From an uncultured archaeon (GTDB taxonomy: Archaea > Asgardarchaeota > Thorarchaeia > Thorarchaeales > Thorarchaeaceae), in the NCBI GenBank assembly GCA_964558645.1, contig CAZLEV010000007.1, positions 104,254-168,253 on the forward strand: a stretch of DNA of 64,000 bases. Reading direction: 5' to 3'. Below, one piece after another: positions 40,705-52,436 of this stretch; positions within the stretch are counted from its first letter, which is position 1, and each line of letters opens with the position of its first letter. The notes below the pieces were generated by a model. The model did no database searches, had not been told where the DNA came from, and worked only from the letters and a program-made list of their open reading frames with translations. The translations under genes and the position numbers were made by a program.

Positions 40705-41736
40705 ATGGTTCTTCCCAGAAATCTTGTAGACACAGCACTGAACGGAGAGCTCCCTGAGCGCATACCTGTTTCTGTCGTGTCGACAGCGTGGGTGTATAAT
40801 CATTATGGACAGACCCTGCGCGAGGTTGACCACGATGCTGAGAAAATGGCCCGGGCTTGGTTGGCCTTTGACAAGGATTTCGATGCAGATACAGTCTGTC
40901 CCATGTTTAGCCCAATGATCATTCCTGAGTATTATGGTTCCAAGCTCAAGTTCCCGGAGGGAGGATTTCCCATTGTGACTAAACCGGCAATCGAAGGACC
41001 CTCTGACTTGGACAAATTGGATGGGTTCGCCCCTGACGAGGATCCACGCATTGGGGCTGCTATCGACTGTGTATCCAAGGTTGTAGATGAGGTAGGAGCG
41101 AAGAAGTTCATATGGCTGGTGTGCATAGGTCCCATCTCCAATGTTTCGCGACTCATAGACACACAGCTCATCATGGAATCTCTCATAGAGGATCCTGATT
41201 TCGTTCACGCGTTGTTCCAGCGGAGCGTTGACATCTGGAAGGCAGCGTTAGAACCGTTCTTGAATCTGGGAGTTGACGCCATTGACTTTTCTGATCCCGT
41301 GGCCTCACCTGACTTGGTTTCACCCAGAATGTACCGCAGATTCTTCCAGGACTATGATCGCCAAGTGGCCACGTGGATTCAGAAGAATAGCGTTCATGCC
41401 ATCTACCATGTATGTGGCGATGTGTACCGAATCATCAAGGACATGAAAGACACAGGCGCCCATGGTCTTAGTATCGATGCCCCCCTCGACTTGGCGGCCG
41501 CACGTGAGATTCTGCCTGATACAACATTCATTGGAAATGTGGACCCAGCCAATATCATCATGAATGGGACTGAGGAAGAGGTTCTTGAGGCAAGTAGGGC
41601 GGCCATGAGTGATGGTGGCACCACAGGCCCGATGATTCTGGCTCCGGGTTGTGATGTACCTCCGCCAAGCCCTGCGCCGAACATTCATGCGATGATCAGA
41701 GCAGCTAAGGAACATGATTTACCCCTCTCACCATAG
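40705..41736 (+). CDS. Second UroD/MtaA-family methyltransferase
   Basis: YHVCG, IGNVDP and LAPGCDVP. Confidence 0.85.
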   Translation: MVLPRNLVDTALNGELPERIPVSVVSTAWVYNHYGQTLREVDHDAEKMARAWLAFDKDFDADTVCPMFSPMIIPEYYGSKLKFPEGGFPIVTKPAIEGPSDLDKLDGFAPDEDPRIGAAIDCVSKVVDEVGAKKFIWLVCIGPISNVSRLIDTQLIMESLIEDPDFVHALFQRSVDIWKAALEPFLNLGVDAIDFSDPVASPDLVSPRMYRRFFQDYDRQVATWIQKNSVHAIYHVCGDVYRIIKDMKDTGAHGLSIDAPLDLAAAREILPDTTFIGNVDPANIIMNGTEEEVLEASRAAMSDGGTTGPMILAPGCDVPPPSPAPNIHAMIRAAKEHDLPLSP

Positions 41737-41795
41737 TGGGCGAAAGAATCTCATAAGACAATTACTCTACGATTGAGACTTGTTGGCACTGACAA

Positions 41796-44531
41796 CTATC
41801 TCCATCTGCTTATCCGCTCGGTTCTGGGCCTGAAACCTGCCGATAATGAATAGTTCCTTGCTCGGAGGAGTGCGATTCTTCCCTCGCGGTTTCTGGTGTA
41901 AATCAGTTGCATATCTCCCACATGTTTCTTCCAATTATCGGCGAATCGCTCGGCGAATCGTCGGTTCATGGCGAGCACTGATGGTACGCTGTGATAGTCC
42001 CGTCTGACTATCGATTTACCAAGCTTAGTCTTCCTCAATAGCAGATACCTTGGCGATTGGATGGGGCCCAGCAGTTCTCTGAGGGCCTCAAGATACAGGC
42101 TTTGCTCTCTACTTGTTCCTCCCTTGACATGACAGAAGACACTACCGCGGGACCCCTCTTCTGTGACCACTTTGAGTTCGTCTGGGTGTGTCATAATGAG
42201 GCCAACCTCACATAGTGTAGTCAGCATCGCCTTGCCAACCTGCTTCAGACTTGACTTTACAGGTCCGTGAAGAACAAAGAGCCGCAAGGCCCTGTAGAGC
42301 TTCGGCAAGAACTTGATCGCAAACAGCAGCAGACCCAGCTGCATGAGGTATGAGATCCAAACTATACCTAGGTCCGGAACCGGAAAGAAGAAGGAGGTGG
42401 CTTGGCGGACCAAAAACAGGGCTAGCAATATCATAATCTCATATCCTAGTGCCTCAATCGTGTTCGTAAACACGAAGCCTCGTGGCATGTGTGTCTTCTT
42501 GGCCAACACATCTTCTACGAGTCGAACACCCTCCTCTCCTCTTCTCAAAGCTTCGTCCCATTTGCCTTTCAGTTGTTCGCTGGAAGTAGCTAGATGGACC
42601 ATCTCACGATTGATAGAGGCAATGGTCTCTTGCGTATACGGCGGTGTCGGAAGATTCATTCTGTTGATCCCATTCTCAATAACTGGTTCGGTCGCCGAAA
42701 CCCCGAGAAATGCCTTGAATCGCCTTTCCATGATGTCGTAGTCATGACCCAGCTTCTTCGAGTCGGTTTCCACGCATACTAAGTGCCAGATGTTAGCGAC
42801 CTTTGATTCATTCTTCTTGTGTATCCTGATGGCGCGACCTCTCATTTGGTTTGAGAGCATATATGAGCCAACGAAGCTTGCAAGCACAAGTGAGTTGATA
42901 CAGGGAGCGTCCCATCCTTCACCAAGGAGGGACTTGGTTCCCACCAGTGTATTGATTCCTCCTCGCATGAAGAGACCTGTGATGAGTTGTACTGTCTTCT
43001 GCTGTGTTTCCAATGTTGAACGGAGAATCGAGTAATCCGGGTCAGGTAGAGTTTCGAACCGTAGAGATTGAGGGTCAATCCCGATCTGAATCGCACAGGA
43101 CTTGAGGAGTTCACGCGATTGCGACGGAATGACGACCAGCGATCCTGTCAATATCGCAAGTTTGCACCCCCGAATGCCTCGCTTCCTAAGCGTTTCAAAG
43201 ATGGGTGCAGCTCCCATTCTATCGAGGTCAATGTCTTGGCTAGGCTCTCTTTGGAGATATGCCTCCCTGATATAGTCTGTCAGAATGACCATCCTGAGAT
43301 CGCTTTGCATTGACTTATACTCGATCTCGACAATGGCTTGGATCGCAAAGAGTTTTGATATGCTTCTACGGAGAATACCTTGTAGCTTCCTAGGGGTTCT
43401 AAACTCGATGTTTCTGCGATGCAGAGCTCCCATTCGTGAGAGTGCGTGTCGCGTGTCAAGAAGTAGTGGGTCGAGATCCTTTTTCGTGATTCCTGTCGGA
43501 AACAAGAGGCCCTCAAGCAGAGTTTTCAACCATTCTTCTGTGAACTTGGGCAGGGCATGATATGAACCTACTACGAGCTCTCGGGTTGATCGGGGGATTT
43601 CAATGCCTTTGAACTCCAAATAGATTAACATACTTGAGAAGAGTTCAGCTTCTTCGAGTATCTCCTCTAGATGGTCTTCAGGTGCTGCTATCCAACGATG
43701 ATTCTTCACAAGAACAAGGTACCTGTCATCATCCTTGAATGACCCTATGAACTCCTGGGTCCTTCTTCGGAAGTCATTGATTCTGTTGGATTCAACAAAT
43801 GATGGGGAGGTGAAGATGACCAGGTCCTGGTGAGGACAGAGGTCTCCGGCCTTGACCAGCTCGGGTACAGACACCTCTGCGTCTATGGGACCGCACATGT
43901 CGACATAGCGACTCCATTCGGATATTGAAACATCGTAAGGGGGAGTCGCAGTAAGCGAAACCCTGGTCGTTGCAGGAAACTTCTGTAGGAGTTCATGCAG
44001 ACAACGCCACCAGTTAACTCTGAGATGATGTGCCTCGTCAAGGACAATCGTTCCGAGGCTCACCCTCCTCAGGGCTTCAATGACCTGTTCCTCTCCTGAC
44101 AGCTCAACTAGCGCGTCCCCTTCATTCGCTTCGTGAGTTTCATTTTGCATTCCACTGAATGCAGCGTACAATGCTTGGTAGGTGCCAACTGTCAAGAATC
44201 TCGGGTTTCTAACGTTCTTTGAGATCCAGCTTGGAATGGTTTTCTCTTCCAAGAAGAAATCACAGAGTCTCTCTAGCCATTGGTCACGTATTGCTCTTGT
44301 CGGTGCAAGAATGATAGTAGGTCTGTTAAGGCGATGGGTTACTTCCAGCCCAAGAAGAGTCTTTCCTGAGCCGGGTGCTGCAACAACATGCAGTCTATTG
44401 TCGTCAAGGTGTTCCTCAAGTGTTTGCAGCACCCGCGCCTGATACGTTCTCCACTGTCCTCTGAAACGGACATCGGTGGGAAATTGTCTGGCTCTGGGTT
44501 GCACTTGACTACTCCCTCCTCTCGGGGGCAT
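41796..44531 (-). CDS. SF2 (ResIII-like DEAH) helicase with two C-terminal TM helices
   Basis: APGSGKT, DEAHH, TAT, EGWD and QMRGR; hydrophobic hairpin at about aa 695-745. Confidence 0.85.
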   Translation of the reverse strand: MPPRGGSSQVQPRARQFPTDVRFRGQWRTYQARVLQTLEEHLDDNRLHVVAAPGSGKTLLGLEVTHRLNRPTIILAPTRAIRDQWLERLCDFFLEEKTIPSWISKNVRNPRFLTVGTYQALYAAFSGMQNETHEANEGDALVELSGEEQVIEALRRVSLGTIVLDEAHHLRVNWWRCLHELLQKFPATTRVSLTATPPYDVSISEWSRYVDMCGPIDAEVSVPELVKAGDLCPHQDLVIFTSPSFVESNRINDFRRRTQEFIGSFKDDDRYLVLVKNHRWIAAPEDHLEEILEEAELFSSMLIYLEFKGIEIPRSTRELVVGSYHALPKFTEEWLKTLLEGLLFPTGITKKDLDPLLLDTRHALSRMGALHRRNIEFRTPRKLQGILRRSISKLFAIQAIVEIEYKSMQSDLRMVILTDYIREAYLQREPSQDIDLDRMGAAPIFETLRKRGIRGCKLAILTGSLVVIPSQSRELLKSCAIQIGIDPQSLRFETLPDPDYSILRSTLETQQKTVQLITGLFMRGGINTLVGTKSLLGEGWDAPCINSLVLASFVGSYMLSNQMRGRAIRIHKKNESKVANIWHLVCVETDSKKLGHDYDIMERRFKAFLGVSATEPVIENGINRMNLPTPPYTQETIASINREMVHLATSSEQLKGKWDEALRRGEEGVRLVEDVLAKKTHMPRGFVFTNTIEALGYEIMILLALFLVRQATSFFFPVPDLGIVWISYLMQLGLLLFAIKFLPKLYRALRLFVLHGPVKSSLKQVGKAMLTTLCEVGLIMTHPDELKVVTEEGSRGSVFCHVKGGTSREQSLYLEALRELLGPIQSPRYLLLRKTKLGKSIVRRDYHSVPSVLAMNRRFAERFADNWKKHVGDMQLIYTRNREGRIALLRARNYSLSAGFRPRTERISRWR

Positions 44532-44651
44532 GGCCTTTGGACTGCTTGAGATTCTTCTTCAGTAGTGATGAGTATAAGCCAGTCATATATGGGTTTGTGG
44601 CATCTTTCTAGCAGTGTCAACTCTGGTCCTATAGGCACTCTTGAGAAGGAA

Positions 44652-45008
44652 CTACGGCCAATCATCGCGCCGCATCCAATACCCATAGATGACAAGCCCC
44701 CAGCCAATAGCAGCCACGACACCAAAGGGGAGAAGCTGGGAGACTATCCTTGGATCTATCCCTGTTAGCTGTAGTGCAATCAGTGTTAGTGTGATGAAAA
44801 CGAAAGTGACACAGAAGGAGCATCCAATATGCCATTTATAGTCACCTGCAGCTTTGCAGGAAAACGAGCAATAGTGATTGAGTGGTCCGCTATAGAGACA
44901 CCGGCTTAGATCATCTGTGGGTCTGCCGCACCACGCGCACCGCTGGGTTGTATCACCATACTCACCCTGGCGAGGTCTATCCTCATACCCCATTACCTTC
45001 GTCACCAT
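44652..45008 (-). CDS. Small Zn-finger membrane protein
   Basis: CAWC…YCSFSC followed by two TM helices. Confidence 0.6.
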   Translation of the reverse strand: MVTKVMGYEDRPRQGEYGDTTQRCAWCGRPTDDLSRCLYSGPLNHYCSFSCKAAGDYKWHIGCSFCVTFVFITLTLIALQLTGIDPRIVSQLLPFGVVAAIGWGLVIYGYWMRRDDWP

Positions 45009-45065
45009 GTAAGAGATACGAAGTTTCGCTACATATGACTTTCGAAGTCAATGCCGATGGCTGTC

Positions 45066-48000
45066 TCAGTAGAGAAGGCCAGGCACGAATGTTAAGGCCG
45101 AGAATCCGGCCAGACAGGCAATCAAGGCAAGGAGAGTCACGAGCCTGGCATAGACCAACTGAGGATTCTCACTCTCATGGTCGCGGATATAGAGGCTGAC
45201 AAAAAGCAGCAGCGCAGACGATGCAAGAAGAAGCCCTTGAACGAGCTCCCCGAACACGAAGGTGAACCCAAAACCGGTAAGGGCAAAGAAGAGTGGTGCG
45301 TTGAAAAGATGAAGGTGCTTGCTCTTGGCAACAGGGAGCAGTAGCCACGACATTACAAAGGCGGACAGGTAGATGCAAGGCAATGGAAGGAACGCCAAGC
45401 TCGCTGCAGCATATGTGATTAGTGTTGATGTGCCAGCTATACCGACTTGTAGAGACTTCAGCATGGACTCATCTGTCAGGCCTACTCTCGTAGAGGCGAT
45501 GAATAGACTGAAACATACGATCAGAGATAGCCCAATCGATATCGACATCAGGTTTGTGCTCATTGCCGAATTGTAGAACAACGAAGCGATGAAGACTGCA
45601 ACTGAGATCGGTACCGTGAAGAACAGTCGACGAAGTACACTCTCATCTTTCTCAAGGTGATTAGCAAGGACTGTGAGTGACATGAAGCCCATTGCCAGAG
45701 TGGCTGAGATTGCAGGGATGACAAGTCCTCTGTCAATGAGAAAGGCGGCTGCGGTTGCGGTTACTCCTGAGACTAGTATTCCGACACTCGACATACCGAA
45801 TGATGATTGAACACCTCGTCTGATTGCTGCGATGGAGATGAGAAGCAGTCCGAACAGCCCCAAGGGAATGCTATAGCTTGGCAAGGAGTAAAGCGGCGTT
45901 CCAGGTTTCATTCCTACTAGCTCACTGAAGAATGGATATGATAGTGTCCCGATGACCATGGTAACTAGGCCGGAGAATAACAGCCAGAGGACATAGCCGA
46001 AACGGTCAAACAAATACCTGAGAAATGCGTTCAGTCTTCTCAGGGCATCTAGCATTATCGCACCAAGATTAGCAAGCAGTTTCATGAGGGCTCGTATCTG
46101 CTCAGTTATGAAGGGTACCTCAATCAACAGGGTCACTAGCATCGCCATCAAGAGCGATTCGACAAGCGGTATATGTACCAAGGCCGAGAAACCGATGAAC
46201 GTTGCTATTCCAGAAGATACTCCTCCGAGTATGTGACTCGGGTGTATGACTCGGCCAAAATGAAATGCCCTGCTCAGTGCGCTCATGACAAGGAGTGCTG
46301 TTGCCATAGATGTGGAGAGAGCAAACAGAGCAGCAGCGAACTCTGTACCTGAACCAGGAAACAGAACCAAGGCGGGTCCTGTAAACGCGGTCGTTGTGAT
46401 TCCCACAAGACTCAGTCCCAAGGCTGAGGTTTCATGTCTGTCTTCAACAACCCTTGCTCCCGAGTAGTATAGGAATCCGAAGGCAAACGAGGCACATGTT
46501 GTCGACAAGAGAAGTTTGTGATTGGTATCAAGTAGCAAGCCTGGCAGCAGGTTGAAGAGGGTTACAAACACAAAGAGACCTGTAATGGGTGGAGTGAAAA
46601 ACACTAATCCCGTCTTGTGTTTGACTGCGAATTCCTTTGCTCTGCTTAACGCCCACAATGTCGCAGGCGCGCTAGCTGGAAGTGCAACAACATACCAAAC
46701 AATGAGGGTTGCTACCATTCTGACCATCTCATTGTTGAAGGCGCCACCCAGAGACCATGAAACATATGCAAGACTAGAGGCAAAGAAGACATCAGCCATT
46801 AGAGGGTACCTTTCGTTTCTTCGAGGATGAAGAAGTAGGAAAGGTGTGATTGCACACGAGAATGCGACTGCACTCACTCCTAGCCGCAGATGAACGTCAG
46901 AAAAAACAATGGTATACTCCCATGCTACGAGTACGCATCCAAGAATTGACGGGCTCCAACTGATATGAGCTAACCGGTCTAGGTTGCTATTCCTTGACTC
47001 TCCATAGAATATCGCAGGTGTCAAGAAGGCTCCATACAGTGACAGAATCCACCCCAACGTCAATAATGGTTGGGACGGAAAGCCGAACTGGAAGAGCGTC
47101 CAGCTGGAGAGGTACGCCCCCAGAATGACCGCATTCAGCCCAGACACTGCTTCCCATACGAACTCAAATCTGGTCCATTTCATGCTGTCTGTCGCTGGGA
47201 TAAGCAATGTAGAGAGTAGGAGAAGTGCAGCCCCTGTACTGATTGCTGCAGCACTGAACATGAAGATGAAGTAAGCGTGCCAGATCCATGCAACCTCGAG
47301 CAGAAGGATGACTGCAGATATGGGAGTCAGTGAATGGCGGTTCGAATAGCCCGATCTGAACCATCGAAGCAATGAGATACTAGCGAGTCCCGAAGCGATT
47401 GATAGAGGGATGACCTCAGTCACCGGGTACAAGAGCGTCCAAAGCGTCATCGAGTAGAATACAATCAGGAAGATAACGATACCTTGGTGAACTGATTGGA
47501 AAGACTCAGATTGAGAATGGACGGCGGCGATCGCGAAGACGGGCAGAAGAGCGAGATGAAGTGCTACGATGGAATTCGTGAAGGGCAAACACAACGAATA
47601 GACAACCGCCAAGCTGGCCAGTCCAACAAGATCCTGAAGGATGACATGCAGCTTCTTTGAGGTTGAGCTCACAGATATTCTCAGAGTCACAAGCGAGGCG
47701 AGGAGAGCCAATTCAGTTGCGATGACAAGTCCAAGAAGCGGAGTGCACTGTAACGCAACGAGTAGACCAATCCATGTCCCCCTGAGGGCGGCAAAGAGTG
47801 TGTTCACCCTCGCCTTTTGGCCGCTGATTCTCGGAGTTCGTCCGAGAAGCTCTATGATCGTACCTGCGGCCAACAACAGGGCGCCATTAGAGACTAATGA
47901 TACTAGTAGGTATACGAAGTAGCCTGTCGAGATCGAGAACAGAGCCCAGCTTATGGGATGATAGATATCTTCCGGGATACATAGAAGGAGGGATTCTAGC

Positions 48001-51000
48001 ATAACGAAGAACATGGCTGCAGTCAGAAGATCAGTAAAGGGAAGGAGGACATGAAGCGAAACGAGGCCAAGCACGCCGCTCGTGGCAACTGGATAGAGAA
48101 CCTTCAAGAAAGTCTTCTTTTCAACAACCAGGCCAAGAACCATTGCGGTCCATGATATTGCTACAAGCGCTTTGAGTACCAAATCGAAGGTAACAAGTTG
48201 GAGAGAGAGGACCATCAGTAAGATTAGTCCAAGCACCAGGGGATGGCGGCTATCACGAATCTCTGGGATAAGAGATGATAGTGGGGTAATCACTAGACAT
48301 AGAATTGTGGATGCGACTAGGATGCTCACCGTTGGTTCCATCGGCTGCAGTAGAAGAACAACGAAAAGGGAGGTGACAGTGGAAAGGCTGACGAGCATCG
48401 CTGTTCGGACGCTGACGTTGAACTGCTGAACTTTGAGAACTGCAGCAGATGCGCATAGGAGGGTGAACAGCACAGTGAAGAGGACTCTCGCTAAATCAGG
48501 CTGAATCATTGTGTTGAAGAACCAAGAAGCATTTGCCAGAATCACCAGTGAAGCAGACAGCCCAACTATCGCTGCTGCAATAACCGTGTAAGTTAGAACG
48601 AGAACAAGAAGCGCTTCTCCAATCTTCTGAGCAAGTCTACCTACGTGTCTAAGAGCTCGCACATAGTATGACGATGCTACAGGTATCAGTGTTAACGCTA
48701 TTCCAGCTACGAGATACGTCAACGGCAGTCCGAAAGCAGACCAGAACAGCACACATGCCGCTACTATACTGATAGCGTATCCGATACTAGCTGAAACCTT
48801 GAGCCTTTCAGACCTAGACGACATCAGCATGTAGAGGGCAACAATAACCCCTGTCCATGCATAAGCCAAGTCTTGCTCATAGATTCTCGATAGCCACCAA
48901 TAAACAAGTGATGAACCGGAAAGGAGTGTCGCACCCCACAGGACAAGCGGAATAAACGGATGAAGTGTGTCTGGAAGCTCCTCTCGTAGTGCTGCAAGAA
49001 TCGCGGTGGCTGTCGTCACGGCCAGGAACAGCGAATGAATCTGAGGAACGAATGTCAGAGCCAGATGGTATGCGAGTGCTCCTGTGAAAAGGGCAAGCCC
49101 CGCAATCACAAATGTGACAAGGGTGCGATGTTCCATTCCGCGATACTTCACAACTGGCGAATATGACAAGAAGAAGAGAAAAGCTGCAATAACAAGAATG
49201 TATGTGAGCTCAAGCCTCAATCCACTGTAAAGGTAAGCATAACTCCCGTAGGCTATGAAGAAGACAGCCAGAGATGCCTAGGAAACCAGGATGAAGCGAA
49301 TGAGAAACTCTCCAAAGGCAATCATGGCACGATAGACGGCGACACCTATACGGATGAGCGCGGCTGCCATGGCGTCTTTGGCCCGAGTCAAACCGCGCGT
49401 GTATTCCTCACGAAGTACCCCGACGGGAAGAATGATGATGGCCGTGGCTGGTAGGAGATATTCTGTTGGCAGATAAAGCGGCTCAACAAGGTGTAGGTAC
49501 CAAACTGCTCCGACCAATCCGGGAAGATAGAACAGACCCGAAACCTTCCTACTGATTTCTAGCTTCTGTAGTGCAGCTGATCCAAGCATCCAAATCATTG
49601 GAATAGTAACCCTCTGGATTGGTCCTGTATCCAACAATGCGGTGAGGATCCAGTGAGTAAGAACTGCATTTGCTGATAGGAAAAGAATCCAGGTCACTGC
49701 TGCAAATTTCATCCTGCTTCTCATGCGTTTCAATGCCCCGATTCCTATCATTCCAAAACCCGAAGCAATCGTGATCGAGAGTGGAATCAAGGCTAGTTCA
49801 TAATACGGAAGTCCGCTCATTAGAGGAACGACTAGTGACAGGACTGCGGCAGTGAGAAGCAAGTCAATAGCCACGCCGGTTTGCACTGGGTGATTCCGGA
49901 TCCAGTGCTTCACCATTCTGAATCTGTGAACTATCTTGAACCATAGACTCCTCCATATTCTGCGGACTTCTCGAAATATACCTGTCACGCCTGTGACAAT
50001 GACAGCTCCAGCCAGAGCTAGGGACTTTTCAATCGGCCAGAACGAGAACTGAGTCCACATGAATGAGGAAGTAGTACCAGCCAGTACTGTGAGAAGACCC
50101 AGGATTTTTACGGTTTGTTCCTCGCGACGACGAGTCATATAGCGAGCGAGCCGCAGAAAGACTGTTGCTGGAATAATGACTAGAAATGAAACAATGGCAG
50201 CCAAGGGGAAGAAAAGAAGTGGTACCCAACTTGATTCCGCAAACGAACTGAGAGCGGCTAGTGACACCAGTTGGGTAGGAACGCCACAGGCGACTAGAAT
50301 CAGACCAAGGGACGAAAGTGCATGAGCAGTATTTGGGTCGATGATCCACGGCGTCGGGGGGAGTGTTTGCACTGGGGCCTCTGATACTGTTTCGTCATCC
50401 GTGTATTCGTCGAGCCCCATCAGAGATTCGATGCGTTGCCTCTCGGTGACGTATTGGGTGTCCCCGACAGTGCGCCTAAGGATATTGGTCTGAATGTATC
50501 TAAGCATCTGGCTCGAGAGCAATAGGCTAACTCCGAGCACAATGAGATGAGCCGAAATCTCTACAAAGAGGTCAACAACCAGCATGTCCGAATACAGGAG
50601 AGGGGCGAAACCCTGTGACATTGCTGCAGAGAACACAACCGTTTCAACAATGGCAAGAATCGGTCGTTTCTGGTAGATATGCAGCCCGATAAGGTAGGGG
50701 ACAGAAGCCAACAGTGCTATGAGCAAAGTCAGCTGAAGACTCGAACCTAACTGTATCATATACAGGGCACCTATCAAGGGGCCTGTGACAATGGCCAACA
50801 GAATCAGAGTCCAGATGACAACTGTTGCTCTCTGCTCTTCAAGCAGCTTCTTGGATGAGGCATCAAGAGCAAGAACAAGCGCTATAATGATGTTTACGTG
50901 GACACATCCCATTGTCATGAACGACTGGTCCCAGAATATCGAAAGAGAATAAGCTCCCAGGACCGCTCCAGACAAGACCAAGACATACCCGAACAGATTA

Positions 51001-51215
51001 CGCCCTGTCTTCGTTCCGATTGCACCTGCTAAGCAAAGGGCGAAGGCGAGTGAGAATGTCTGACGAACAGCAATCTCTGAGATGAACGGTTCTGTTATGA
51101 AGAAGACCGCGAGTAGCACCGCAGCGGGGATGATGATTAGTAGAACAAGTAGTTTTGCTGCTGTCTGGATGACGTCGGCAACTTTGGCGGCTTTATAGGT
51201 GCTGTCGTTCACCAT
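45066..51215 (-). CDS. Giant polytopic membrane protein (2049 codons) interrupted by one in-frame TAG at 49280-49278
   Basis: ORFs 49278-51215 and 45066-49220 share a frame; …FILVS*ASLAVFFIAYG… continues a TM helix. Confidence 0.7.
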
Positions 51216-51477
51216 TTACCCTCTGTGTGCTGCTGGTCGACAGCCCTTCTCGATGGTTGGGCGCTAGCGTATATTACTGAAACTATGCTAATAAGCAAGC
51301 CTTGGATGTATGATGGTCTATGCGTGGGCTGTCACAGCTGGATGCAATCTTGAGAATAAAAGCAAATTGCTATTCTTGAGTCTGTCCTCAGAAATCTTTT
51401 ATCCACAAGTTCCATGTAGAAAGCTAGCCACGCACGCTTCTTTCGTTTCCGTGTTGAATGGCTGATTCTGTTGAGGG

Positions 51478-52005
51478 ATGGAATTGCCCGAAAGACTCCA
51501 ATGCCGATATTGCGGAAGACAGAATGACCCAGATGCCACCGATTGCCAGTTCTGTGGAGGTGCCCTATCAGATGCCGACCGCGAGGTGTATTGCGATTGG
51601 TGCGGTGTCCCGCTTGGCAGAGGGCGAGAACCGGCTGGGAAGTGCGTTGCATGTGGCGTCGAGGTCTTCTTATGTGATAAGCATTTGAGAAAGGCCGTGA
51701 AGGACGAGGTCTACTGCAAAGATCACCAGTCTGAGTGTTTCATCGCTACGGCGGTTATTGGGAGTCCGCTTGACCCCAGGATTGACCTTCTTCGTCAGTT
51801 TCGGGATCAACGGATGTTGACGAATCGTTTGGGCACTATGCTTGCTCATGCGTACTACGAGCTCTCGCCACCCATCGCAGGGTGGGCTCGTTGGAGTCCT
51901 CTTCTGAAGAGGGTTTTGCGGCGCTTCCTCGTGATTCCTTGGCTTGCACTGGCCCGTGCAGTCCTTTGCTCTTCAGATGGCCAGACGAGTGCAAGTAGTC
52001 CGTAG
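51478..52005 (+). CDS. Zinc-ribbon protein with CFI-box-CTERM domain
   Basis: Multiple CxxC pairs, then CFIATA…LRQFRD…YYELSPPIA. Confidence 0.8.
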   Translation: MELPERLQCRYCGRQNDPDATDCQFCGGALSDADREVYCDWCGVPLGRGREPAGKCVACGVEVFLCDKHLRKAVKDEVYCKDHQSECFIATAVIGSPLDPRIDLLRQFRDQRMLTNRLGTMLAHAYYELSPPIAGWARWSPLLKRVLRRFLVIPWLALARAVLCSSDGQTSASSP

Positions 52006-52436
52006 CTGACTACTTCATGCCTTAGAAACAACACTCCTAGGCATAGTCGTCCTGATCTATTTGGACAGATAACAACGACTGTCCGGATACGAGAACCAAT
52101 TCCTCCAGAATCCCAGTGAGCATGAACCACGTATTGATGGGAAACACGAGTTCCGAGACGTTGAACGGTTCTATGTACTGTATCGTGATTGTTACAGTGG
52201 TGCTTGTTGTTTCAAGTGTCCTTGCTGTAGCTGCGTAGAAACTGTAGTGTTTGTGGAACTAGCGGCTAACGTCGAGGCAATGAAGCCGCTGAAAGAGATC
52301 TTCTTTCTATGTAACAACCGTGAACTTGGAATAGGAACTCTTTTCTATCGCATTGCATATCTAAGTCGATTGGAAGAGCATGCAGAACTGCTGTTTCAAG
52401 AACCCCTGATAGAATCCAAGACATGGAGGAACCTGT

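Noticed and set aside
52052-52093. Hairpin TATTTGGACAG/CTGTCCGGATA flanked by TGAT/CGAG downstream of the CFI-box gene, plus two in-frame TGAs (51463, 51472) upstream of its ATG
   Set aside because: The core is CUGA with a bulge, there is no lower stem, and the TGAs are not in a recognisable motif; insufficient for a second selenoprotein
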